DNA of 63,755 bases, counting the filler, from Octopus bimaculoides (Eukaryota): assembly GCF_001194135.2 (NCBI RefSeq). It is 4 parts of 4 records of this genome, joined end to end, with 100 filler letters (N's around TTAATTAATTAA, not from the genome) between each part and the next. Parts side by side here need not be neighbours in the genome. Positions count along the whole stretch, not along the records: positions 1 to 29,540 come from NC_068988.1; positions 29,641 to 56,179 come from NC_068991.1; 2 more parts are not named here. One strand, given 5' to 3'. The notes beneath the pieces were generated by a model. The model made no database searches. It was not told the DNA's origin and was given only the letters and a program-made list of their open reading frames with translations. Numbering within the stretch: position 1 is the stretch's first letter; the number at the start of each line of letters is the position of its first letter. The position numbers and the translations under genes were made by a program. This document shows positions 24,401-36,400 of the stretch, piece by piece.

Positions 24401-25469
24401 TCTTGAATATGGAACTGTAAGAAGTTTTCTGTTTTGTGTAGTCTTAGTACCTGGTAATGGTTTACACAGCCATACCTGACCAGGTTAAATCTATTAACAG
24501 CATCAGTAATCCTATTGAAACCAATTTACTCCAGACTCTTCCTTGCAGTTCTTGTCTCTCTCCTCTCTCTGCCTATTTTTTACAATTTCTGCTCTTTCTG
24601 AGCTGGTGTCATATTACCTCTATCCAGGCATTTCAAACTTCTCTCTCCTCCTCTTCTTATTTCATATCGTGTCCAGCCACTCCCCTTGCACAAACTACTA
24701 CACTTGATCCTTCTTCCCCACAGCATTATCCCACTGGAATTTTTTTTTCTCTCTGAACATTGAATTGTATGTACTGTCTGAGAAAAATGGTAATCTCACC
24801 AATTCTTGTAGTGCCTACAGAATTCTTGGTCATAGTTCCTTCATCAGACCAAATTTCAAAAGAAACTGGCTGATTAGGAATATTAAAAACACCAAGTTTG
24901 ATTCAAGTTACTGAATTTTTACATTTCTACCACTGCTTTTTAAAGAATTGTCTTCAGTTCTTTAAAAAAAATGGCTTTGTGCTGCTTTTTATTTATTATT
25001 TTTTTTGAAAAAAATTCATATATTTTTATCATGTAATTTATTGAATGAAATTAAATTTTTGGAAATTACTGAAAAAGGTTGTGTATTTTTGTGTTAAAAT
25101 CATTTATATGTGAGGGAAAGAAATGGTGTACCAACGGACATCATTTTCTGTTAGTTTTTAACTGATCAACCTTTTAGTTGTTCTTTTGGCAGAGTTTCAG
25201 GAATATCCATGATGGAATGACAGCTTATTTCATTGATACTGGAGGAAGATATGTTTATGGTGGAAGTGATCAATGCCGGAATAGCAAAGATCAGGCTATT
25301 AACAACTGAAGAATATAGCAATATGTATATATATATATATCAAAAGGATGTGTTATAATACTATTCCACAACCATACCAACATGCCTCCATCATCAGCTG
25401 CCCTATGGATATCATTATGATTTTGACACCTGGGCAGTAAAATTCAAGCTGGCGATGTTAACAACACTA

Positions 25470-25887
25470 ATATCATCATCATCATCATCGTTTAACGTCC
25501 GCTTTCCATGCTAGCATGGGTTGGACGATTTGACTGAGGACTGGTGCAACCGGATGGCTACACCAGGCTCCAATCTAATTTGGCAGAGTTTCTACAGCTG
25601 GATGCCCTTCCTAACGCCAACCACTCAGAGAGTGTAGTGGGTGCTTTTACGTGTCACCCGCACGAAAACGGCCACGCTTGAAATGGTGTCTTTTATGTGC
25701 CACCCGCACAAGAGCCAGTCCAGGGGCACTGGCAACGATCTCGCTCGAAAACCCTACAAGGCCAGTCAGGCAGTACTGGCAACGGTCATGCTCAGGATGG
25801 TACATCTTATGTGCCACCCACATAAGATGTACCATCCTGAGCGTGACCGTTGCCAGTACCGCCTGACTGGTCTTGTAGGGTTTTCGA
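25470..25887 (-). mobile_element. Family C (GAT)n-tailed short retroposon; other copies at about 15370-15580, 16965-17440, 19290-19470, 28575-28750, 29190-29540, 40710-41098 and 45195-45610
   Basis: Shared aagcacccactacactctc.gagtggttggcgttaggaagggcatccagctgtagaaac..ccaacccatgc.agcatggaaa.cggacgttaaacgatgatgat. Confidence 0.8.
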
Positions 25888-27104
25888 ATAGTGTTGGCCT
25901 CTATCTTCACATTCAAGTTTTGAATTCAAATGCCATGTGCAGTGTTTATGAGAAAAGACCAGTAAATTTGAGCCTCTGCAAAAATCACCAGATTTGAGTT
26001 GGGAAAATTAAATAATTAAAAAGTAATGATACACTATGGAGAAATTATTATAAAGAATTGATAATTATTTATGAATATATCAATAGTCAAATATGTTATC
26101 ATAAAATACATAGAAAAAGAATGTTTCTCATTATGAAAATATCACAATTATAAAACTAAGAGGCTTAAAAAACCCTTACATGTTTATGATAACATGTTTG
26201 GCCATTGATATATATAATGTTGGCTCCTGTGCTGGTGGCATGTAAAAAGCACCATCCGAACATGGTCAGTGCCAGTACCTCCTGACTGGCTCTCGTGCCG
26301 GTGGCACATAAAGAGCACCAACCAAACGTGGCCAATGCCAGTACCCCCTGACTGGCCCCCGTACCGGTGGCACATAAAAAGCACCCTCCGAACATCAGAG
26401 TTTATTCCAAAAATAAATTTTATAAAACAATTATGTATAAAGGGTACGTGGAGTTCTAAATACCAGTTATATGTTGGGCACCCAAACTCGCACGAAACAA
26501 ATATGTATGTTTTCTTTTATTCTTTTACTTGTTTCAATCATTTGACTGGCAATGCTGGAGCACCGCCTTTCAGTCAAAGAAATTGATCCCAGGACTTATA
26601 CTTTGTAAGCCTGCTATTTATCCTATTGGTCTCTTTGCCGAACCGCTAAGTTACGGGAACATAAACACACCAACATTGGTTGTCAAGTGATAGTGGGAGG
26701 ACAAACACACACACACACGCACACACATATATAGATATATATACGATTGGTTTGTTTCAGTTTCTCTCTACCAAATCCACTCAAGGCTTTGGTTGGCCCA
26801 TGGCTATAGTAGAAGACACTTGCCCAAGGTGCCATGCAGTAGGACTGAACCTAGAATCATGTGGTTAGGAAGCAAGAATAATTATTACCTTATTGACCCC
26901 AAAAGATGAAAGGCAAAGTCCAATTTGGTGGGGTTTGAACTCAGAACATAATGGACCAAAAGAAATGCCATTATGTATTTTGTCTGATGCATGAATGAAT
27001 CTATCAGCTCACTGCCTGAATAGAAATAATAATATTATAATTAAAGGAAAGGAGCCAGAAGTATCAATCCTCTTTTAAGTGAGTGCAGTATTGTAGCACA
27101 AAAA

Positions 27105-27345
27105 GAGTATAAGCACAAGCATGACTGTGTAGGCAAAAGAATGCATTGGGATGTTAGTTGAGTGTAGCTTGAAAACAGCAGAAAAGTGGTATGAACACAA
27201 ACCAGAGACTGCGACAGAAAATGAGAAATACAGGATCTTGTGGGACTTCCCCATAAAGACTGACTATACTATTGAAGCAAGAAGACCAGATGTGATTATT
27301 GAAGACAAAATAAACAATATAAGATCATAGATTTTGCATGATTTT
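27105..27345 (+). mobile_element. REL-endonuclease fragment of another R2/R4-group LINE
   Basis: HDCVGKRMHW..KWYEHKPETATENEKYRILWDFPIKTDYTIEARRPDVIIEDK. Confidence 0.75.
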
Positions 27346-28165
27346 GGCATGATGACCCTCCCAACGTACAACAAAATCAACACCAACACTGTATAACCTA
27401 CTGGCTGTAATGGAACCTATTTCTTGTAACACATGGTCTTTTCTATCCTCTTTCAAAGCTCTACTGGCAACATTTAATCTCTATAGAATCAGTAAAGCTC
27501 CAATAAATTCCCACCATTTATTCTTCAGTTTTCCAATATCAATTTCCAGAGACATAAATTTTATATGATTCCTATCGTCATCATCTTTGCCATTGTTATT
27601 GCTATTGTTGTTCGTCATTGTTATTATTTTTGTTGCTAATTTTTTTTTTCTTGTTTAAATGATTTATTAATCTTTCCATGTGAAATATATGAAAAAAGAA
27701 AAACAAAAAGCCTGCCTCTCATCTTCATAATGTTGAGGAAGAGGAAAAGGAAGAGGAGGTGTTTAATATTTCAGCATTTTTTCTTTTATTTCAATGTTCT
27801 TGGTGTGAATCGGACACATCATGCATTTGGCTTGCTCGCCAACCTAATAGATTTATCATATTTCTAGCCCTTCAGATGCACATAAGCATTCTTTTTAGAT
27901 GCAGCACACACACACATACACACATACTGTATGCACAAGCATACACACACACATATGCCATAACTATTATATACATGTACGTACTTCTCTCCATCTTCTT
28001 TCTCCATTTTTTTCCCTCCTTGTCTGTTTTTTCTTTCAGAAGAAGAGTGTAAACTCAAAGCAGAAAGAGTTTTCCTTCATTTTTCCTATTTCCTGAATGT
28101 AAACCTTATACACTCTGTATTTTTTGCTTTGTCTACATGTTGTTTCTTTTGCATTGTATAGATGC

Positions 28166-28203
<38 letters not shown>

Positions 28204-29540
28204 ATATATGTGTGTTCATGAAACACACACATATATAAGCACAAACGGGACAAATAGGAAATATATGTGTGTGTATGTATGCATGTGTACGTGTGTGTGT
28301 GTGTGTGTAATGTTGCCAATTCGTCTTCAGCTATTGTCCAAAGGATTTAAGCAATTTCATGCCTTTAATGATAATATTGCTCTCCCTTCTGGTGGCATCA
28401 GTGACGAGAAGCTGCCAGGAAACAGCAAGCAAAGGAACAAGGGACCAAACACAACAAAAAGTGGACAGACAAATGAACATACAAACATGAAATGCCTTTT
28501 GCTTTATAGATATATAAAAGATATACACATGCGCACCCCCCCTCACATATATATATATATATGAAATATATGTTGCACTCTGTAAAGTGGTTGGCATTAG
28601 GAAGGGCATCCAGCAATAGAAACCAAGCCAAGCAGACCTTGCCAGCGCTGGTGCCATATTAGAAAGAGTATCCATCTGTAGAAAACATGCCAAGACAGCT
28701 CTAACCCATGCTAGCTTGGAAGACATACGTTAAATGTTGATGATGATGATGTGAAGATAACTATGACGGTGATGATTATGATCCTGATGACAATGGCAAC
28801 AAGAACAACAATGATGACAATGATGATGATGAAGATGACAATGATGGTGGTGGTGGTAGTGGTGGTGTTAATGATGATGATGATGATGTGTCTGTGTGTA
28901 GAGTCCCTTTAACTGCAAAAATGAAATTCCATGGTTATTCCATTGATGATGTTAAATATGTACCAAAAAAACACAATTGTTATTCTCTACAAGTCATGTC
29001 GCCTCAATAGACTTGACGTATCTCAACAAAAAACAGTTTCAAACATTGTAAATTCCTCAACAAAAGACAGATTCGTATATAAAACTACTTTCTGCAATTG
29101 AGAAGAATCTGACATTGAATGCATATTTCTGATTTATCTCAGTAAAACAATTAGCATTTGTTTCTTTGTCTTTATATACATACATACATACATCATCATC
29201 ATCGTTTAACGTCCGCTTTCCATGCTAGCATGGGTTGGACGATTTGACTGAGGACTGGTGAAACCGGATGGCAACACCAGGCTCCAGTCCGATTTGGCAG
29301 AGTTTCTACAGCTGGATGCCCTTCCTAACGCCAACCACTCAGAGAGTGTAGTGGGTGCTTTTACATGTCACCCACACGAAAACGGCCACGCTCGAAATGG
29401 TGTCTTTTATGTGCCACCCGCACAAGCCAGTCCAGGGGCACTGGCAACGATCTCGCTCGAAAATCCTACAGGAGCCAGTCAGGCGGTACTGGCAACGGCC
29501 ACGCTCAAAATGGTGCATCTCATGTGCCACCCGCACAAGA

Positions 29541-29640
29541 NNNNNNNNNNNNNNNNNNNNNNNNNNNNNNNNNNNNNNNNNNNNTTAATTAATTAANNNN
29601 NNNNNNNNNNNNNNNNNNNNNNNNNNNNNNNNNNNNNNNN
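29541..29640. other. Artificial 100-nt spacer (44 N + TTAATTAATTAA + 44 N)
   Basis: Identical structure at 56180-56279 and 62478-62577. TTAATTAATTAA gives stops in all six frames. Confidence 0.93.
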
Positions 29641-29858
29641 GTCGACAGCTCGCTTACATCTACATACCAAACGTCCCAAACACAATGCTCACACACACAG
29701 AAGCTGTAACAACAAACAAGAGCTAAAGATGTATATATTTACCACCTGAATAAATGTTGTTTAAGTTGATAGTCTGGAGTTCAGCGTTCCGTTTAATTTC
29801 TAATTTTATATAGGAAAGTCAGGTATACATCTAATGATGTATAACCCACTTTCCTATA
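29641..29858 (+). mobile_element. 3' half of the same putative LTR family
   Basis: Near-identical to about 8745-8962. Confidence 0.7.
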
Positions 29859-30157
29859 ATATAAAAGAAATAATCAAAAGTGTGAGACAAGCACTAAACA
29901 GGAATTGAACTTGCAGATTGTCTTAGGAAGCAGTTACCATTTCTCTTATAACAAGTTTTTTAAAGCCTCCATAAATAACTCGCTTAATACTCATCCCTCA
30001 ACCTTATCACTCACAAATATCATACCTGTAGTTTAGCTGTATCCTATAATTCAAGCATGATCTGGGGCTAAACAAAACAACGATTATGGTCCAGTTATGT
30101 ACTGTTGACTCAAAAGAAACTAAAAGACTAAAATAAAGATCAAATCGAAATTCTTAC

Positions 30158-30419
30158 TTGGCATAAGCCTTTTCCAGAAGAGCTGGCCAAAATTCATTAC
30201 TTTTGCTGGAATGTAGAAAGCAGTACTGTCCTTCATAGGTGGGCAAATAGTCATCTACTACAATCTCTACCCAGTTACCACTGTGCCAGAAGTTGAAATA
30301 AAATGCACCACAGTAATCATTGACATTGAAACTTTGGTTAAGTGGAATAACACGATGGAAGAGAGTTGAACATCCAGGTGTGGCTAGACATGCTATGGCA
30401 GCCAAAAGCCAGCTGTCTC
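30158..30419 (-). CDS. Calpain-like exon 3 ([10 protein letters not shown]...LEKAYAK)
   Basis: T-tract plus ttgcag acceptor, donor GTAAG. Confidence 0.92.
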
Positions 30420-33400
30420 CTGCAATTAAAAAAAAAAGATGTTTGTTAAAATCAGGATAGGTTAATTTTTTTGGTCTTTCTAGTGGTTATTTATTGTTTT
30501 GGTGATTTTCTTTGAACTTATTTGTTAAAGATACTTATTTATATTCATGGAAAATTTTCTGTTTATCAAGTTTATTTTTATGAAATTCATTAAAGCAGAT
30601 ATTATGTTTGTCAAAAGAAGCAAGTTTTATTTACACTTCATTACTTATGTTACTTTGTCATCAGATTTACTTCTCAAAACATACAGCAATTTTGTTTTCA
30701 CAGTTTGCTGATCATCCACTTTGTATACTGTTTTTATGGTTAAATGGGGTTTTAGGGTAATTTTATGGTACAGTGGTTTTATTACGTTTTTGTTCATGTG
30801 ATCTTTTTACTTATGAAGTGTATTCCTGTGTATGTTGTTTGTGTGTGAGATTCTGTTGGTTTGAATTAGCTGATGGTCATTGTATTCCTCTAAGAATGAG
30901 TGTATCTGTTTTTTTTCTTTCTGTGTGGAAGTGCCATTACTATTTTGTCGGTATCTTTGAATTTTCATTGTCCATACAGCTGTTGCTGCATTGTTCATTG
31001 TCTATCCTGTTTGTAGTTCAGATTATTTTTTGAAGATGAATTTATTTTGGTGCCTGCAACACAAGATGTGCCATTTCTCCTGTTTAACAAGGTTATGTTA
31101 TGTATGGCTATGTCATACATATGGCTGGTTTTGGTGTCATGTAAGTTACACATACATGACAATCAGAGATTTATCAGTTTCTTACATAATCTCTTTAGTT
31201 AAATGGATGGCTAACACAACACCAAAACAACCCCAAAAATTCAAAAATCAATTTTGTACTCACCCAACTGTCCTTGCTGAACATCAAAGCCACCAATACC
31301 ATCAACAAAAAACTTTGGTTGTATGCCAGTTAACTTGCTTAAAGCCTAAAAATAATGGAAGTTTTAGAATTAAAACAATGAGCTGATTTCAAATGTTAAT
31401 TTTATTTTTTTTAATTTAACAGATTAATAAAAGTTTCAGGGCAGGGAGATGATCACACAGTTCTAATTCAGATGGTTATGTATGAATACTGCCCGTAGCT
31501 GATTTATCTCCATGTTAGCCATTTATGTTGTTAGTGATGTTTAGACTCCAGGTAAGTTCTGGGCTTAAACAACAACAAACAAGCAGGACTAGGATTAAAG
31601 GCAGTCTAGCTGTGACCATCCTGTCTTTTTTCAGACATATATTAATATCTAATATTAATATATGATTAATTATATATTAATATATTAATTATATATCAAT
31701 ATCTAATATTAATGCATGTATTCAGTGTTCTTTTTTTTTAAATTTTAAATGTTAGCGTGTGGTTTGAGGGAGATTCAGCTACAATTTCTAAGAGGTCAAA
31801 TGACCATATAGAGGTTTCTTCACTGGATTGGTGAGACATTTATTTGATCAGCAGGAAGATAGTGTCCAAGACAAAACAAGTAGATAAAACTTTAAAAAAT
31901 ATCTAATTTGAAAAAAAAAATGGCCAGGAATAACATCAGTAATAGGTCATCCTGCAAATAGTACATGGTTCAAAGTCTGTTAGCGAACTTGTTCTTTTCT
32001 ATCTCTAGTTAGTGCATATGTTGAACATCACGCACACACACACGCACAAGCCAATGACTGGTGTAGCAGCATTATAATCAACTGCTACAAGAATGAAGGA
32101 GATGCCTTAGAGAGAAGTAATTACAGAAGTATTAAATTGCTGGACCAGGTCATGAAAGTTACATAAGCTGCATGAATGGCTGGTGAGAGCTGTTCATGTC
32201 ATGTACCAGGGTGCTGGCAGTAAAGTGAGAGCTAGCAATGAGTACAACAAATTTAGTGTGCCAGTAGGAATTCACTCCAGGGGCCGGTTTTCATTACTCT
32301 CCTTTTTATCCTAGTCCTTCAGGCCATAACAGAGGACTTTAAGACTGGAAGTCATGAGAACACTTCAATGCTGATGACCTTGTTCTTGTAACTGAATCTG
32401 TAATAGAATTAGGAAAGAAATTCCAAATGTGGAAGGGAAACCTGGAATCAAAGGGCCTTAAAATTAACTTAGCAATGACCAATGTTTTTGTAAGCAGGAA
32501 AACAGAATGGATGCTACTTCCTTCAAGAAAATGACTGTTTAAATGTAAAGAGGGTTTAGGCAGAGATTCTATCTGGTGTATTAGGTACAAATTATGGACA
32601 CATAAGAGATGCAATGATATCACAGGAAGGTTAACAAAGAGAGTAGATTTTGTCTGTGGTTGATCGACAGGAGCAATAAATACTGAAAACCCAGAGAAAA
32701 TGGAGTTTTTCAAATGCCGAGGAGATTCACAAGAGGTAGAAGATAGCTTTTATTATCTAAGTGACTTAATAGTGGAGGAGGAGGTTTCAAAAGTATAGCT
32801 GCTAAAGTAAGAACAAGATGGAGAAAGTTTAGAGAACTATTACCTCTGTTGATAGCAAAAGGCCTCTTACTCAGATTGTATGATACCTGTGCAATACTAC
32901 ATGGTAGTGAAATGTGAGCCATGAAAGCAGATGATATGCAAATACTAGAAAGAACGCTAGCATGCTCAACATCAGTGCACATATATAACAAAGAGTAAAT
33001 GTATTGAGAGAAAAACTGGGCACAAGAGGTATCAGATGTAGTGTGCGAGAGACTGTGCTGGTATAGTCATGTGATGCATGTGGATGAGGATAGCTGCATA
33101 ATGGATGAAGACAGCTGTGGATTGCTAAATGAGGATGGGCTCTAAAGAAAAAGGAGACCTAGTAATATGTGGGACAAAGTAGTGGAAACCAGCCTCAGAA
33201 TATTGAACATCATGGAAGAGATGATAAATGACTGAAATGGCTGGTGACTTTTCTGTGCTTGAGTGTCCATCTTGGCAAAAACAAGGTCCTAAAAGCATAT
33301 TGTTTCATCTATGCTTCTGCACTTAAGCCGTCATAGTGACCTTCGGATCTTTTTTAAAACGGGGGCCACATTTTTCATTAATGTTTTACGTAGTGTTTTT

Positions 33401-36400
33401 GGTACCGAAAGACTTTCAAACTTCTTATACTTATCTATTTTGTGTTATAGAACAGAAAAATATTTTTGTATTCGAATTTATTTCATGTAAAAAATTGTCT
33501 TATTTCGATAATTTCAACCAATCACTGACAAGTATTCAGTTGTTTACATTTAGTCCTTTGGCTGATTAAGCGATGTAAAGCGTATTTAATCTCCATACCT
33601 TCGTTTTATTTGCTTTAACCCTAACCCTAGGGTTAGGGTTAATTGTTTCAGNNNNNNNNNNNNNNNNNNNNNNNNNNNNNNNNNNNNNNNNNNNNNNNNN
33701 NNNNNNNNNNNNNNNNNNNNNNNNNNNNNNNNNNNNNNNNNNNNNNNNNNNNNNNNNNNNNNNNNNNNNNNNNNNNNNNNNNNNNNNNNNNNNNNNNNNN
33801 NNNNNNNNNNNNNNNNNNNNNNNNNNNNNNNNNNNNNNNNNNNNNNNNNNNNNNNNNNNNNNNNNNNNNNNNNNNNNNNNNNNNNNNNNNNNNNNNNNNN
33901 NNNNNNNNNNNNNNNNNNNNNNNNNNNNNNNNNNNNNNNNNNNNNNNNNNNNNNNNNNNNNNNNNNNNNNNNNNNNNNNNNNNNNNNNNNNNNNNNNNNN
34001 NNNNNNNNNNNNNNNNNNNNNNNNNNNNNNNNNNNNNNNNNNNNNNNNNNNNNNNNNNNNNNNNNNNNNNNNNNNNNNNNNNNNNNNNNNNNNNNNNNNN
34101 NNNNNNNNNNNNNNNNNNNNNNNNNNNNNNNNNNNNNNNNNNNNNNNNNNNNNNNNNNNNNNNNNNNNNNNNNNNNNNNNNNNNNNNNNNNNNNNNNNNN
34201 NNNNNNNNNNNNNNNNNNNNNNNNNNNNNNNNNNNNNNNNNNNNNNNNNNNNNNNNNNNNNNNNNNNNNNNNNNNNNNNNNNNNNNNNNNNNNNNNNNNN
34301 NNNNNNNNNNNNNNNNNNNNNNNNNNNNNNNNNNNNNNNNNNNNNNNNNNNNNNNNNNNNNNNNNNNNNNNNNNNNNNNNNNNNNNNNNNNNNNNNNNNN
34401 NNNNNNNNNNNNNNNNNNNNNNNNNNNNNNNNNNNNNNNNNNNNNNNNNNNNNNNNNNNNNNNNNNNNNNNNNNNNNNNNNNNNNNNNNNNNNNNNNNNN
34501 NNNGTACTCAGCTGGTACTTATTGACCCTGAAAGGATGAAAAGCAAAGCCAGTCTCAGTGGAATTTGAACTCAGAATATAATGACAGGCAAAATGCCACT
34601 AAGCATTTTGACTGGTGTGCTTAATAATTCTGCCACTCGCCACCTTCATTGTAAATGTAATAACCTTTTCTACTCTAGGTACAAGGCTCGAAATTTTGGG
34701 GGAGGGAGCCAGTCGATTAGATCGACCCCAGTACGCAACTGGTATTTAATTTATCAACCCTGAAAGGATGAAAAGCAAAGTTGACCTCGACGGAATTTGA
34801 ACTCAGAGCGTAAAGACAAAAGAAATGTCGCTAATCATTTCGTCCGGCATGCTAACGCTTCTGCCATTCCAAGTTCAATCCTGTGCTACAATGACTAAAG
34901 GGAGAGCACTTATAGTGATTTGTGTTAACAACTAATTTTACTGCAAAAAAAAAAAAAAAATTGTGAGTGTATTACAAGTAATTAACAACTAATTGGTCTC
35001 AGATTTTAGCATAAGAGTAGTAATTTCGTGGGAGCGGGGTAAGTCGATTACATCAACCCTCAGTGTTCAACTGGTACTTATTTTATCCACCCAAAAGGAT
35101 GAAAGGTAAAATCGATCCTGGTGGCATTTAAACTCAGAATGTCACTAAATAGTTTTTCCAATGCAATAACGATTCTGCCAGCTCAGCGCCTAAATAACTT
35201 ACCCTCATATTACTGTATATTATGATTGTTATTTGATATATATCTCTTTTATTGTTTTTTTAAAATTTGGGATAAAATCTATTTTCCTTCAGTATCTTTG
35301 TATTTATTTGTTACAGTCATTTGACTGCAGCCATGCTGGAGCACTGCCTTTTAGTCGAAGATATTGACCCCAGGACTTATTCTTTGTAAGCCTAGTACTT
35401 ATTCTAACAGTTTCTTTTGCTGAACCACTAAATTACAGTGACGTAAACAGACACAAAAAACACACACATAAGTATTTACATACATTCATATGTGTGTGTG
35501 TGTATATACACGACGGGTTTCTTTTCTGTTTCAGACTACCAAATCACTCACAAGGCTATGGTCAGCCTGAGGCTATAGCAGAAGACACTTGCCCAAGGTG
35601 CATTGGAGTCGGACTGAACCTGGAACCATGTGGTTGGAAAACAAGCTTCTTACCACACAGCCACGCCTGTACCTATATACAATGACAAAGTGAATGTATG
35701 TAGGTTTTTCAATACTTACTGCCACCCCTTAAACCCGATACAAAGGTTTCCATCATTATCATAATTTAACATCTACTTTTCAGTGCTTGTCTGGATTGAA
35801 CAGAGTTCATTTGAGGCAGATTTTCTACAGATGGATGCCCTTTCTGTCACTCATTCCCAGCTGTTGCCAAGCAAGGTAATATTTCCCCATGGCCAGGCAT
35901 ATTCTCACAGAATACTAGATATGGATGACACTACTTGTATGACAGTGACACTCATTTACAACAATCATGTGATGTTAAATTAAAGACACACACACATTAG
36001 GCTTTTTTTCAGTTTCCATCTACCAGATCCACTTGCGAGGGTTTGGTTGGCCAAGTGCTATAAGAGTAGATACTTGCCCAAGATGCCACATAGTTGGATT
36101 GAACTTGGAACCATGTAGTTGGAAAGCAAATGTCTTACCACACAGCCATGCCTGCACCTATATTTTGTTTATATAATAATCTGTCCAAGTAACTAAAGAT
36201 AAAATTGTTTCTAATTTGGGCACAAAACTAGCAATGAAAGGCAAAATTGATCTTGGCAGGATTTTGACACAGAATGTAAAAAGCCAGAACAAATACCACA
36301 AGGTACTTTGTTTCACTAATATTGCTGTTGTTTAGCACCAAGTCATTCCTGATTGACCAGATCTATGATTAAAGGAATTCCAACTGTGAGAATTCCATCT

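Noticed and set aside
28330-28410. Strong minus-strand acceptor (ctggcag) as candidate next calpain exon; also 25170-25310
   Set aside because: No similarity to the expected LxGSYEAL exon, and these lie across the artificial spacer from the calpain.
31438-31470. Faint resemblance to the U1 snRNA 5' region (ggcagggagatgatcac)
   Set aside because: Too short, and lacks the ACTTACCTG 5' end, stem-loops and Sm site.
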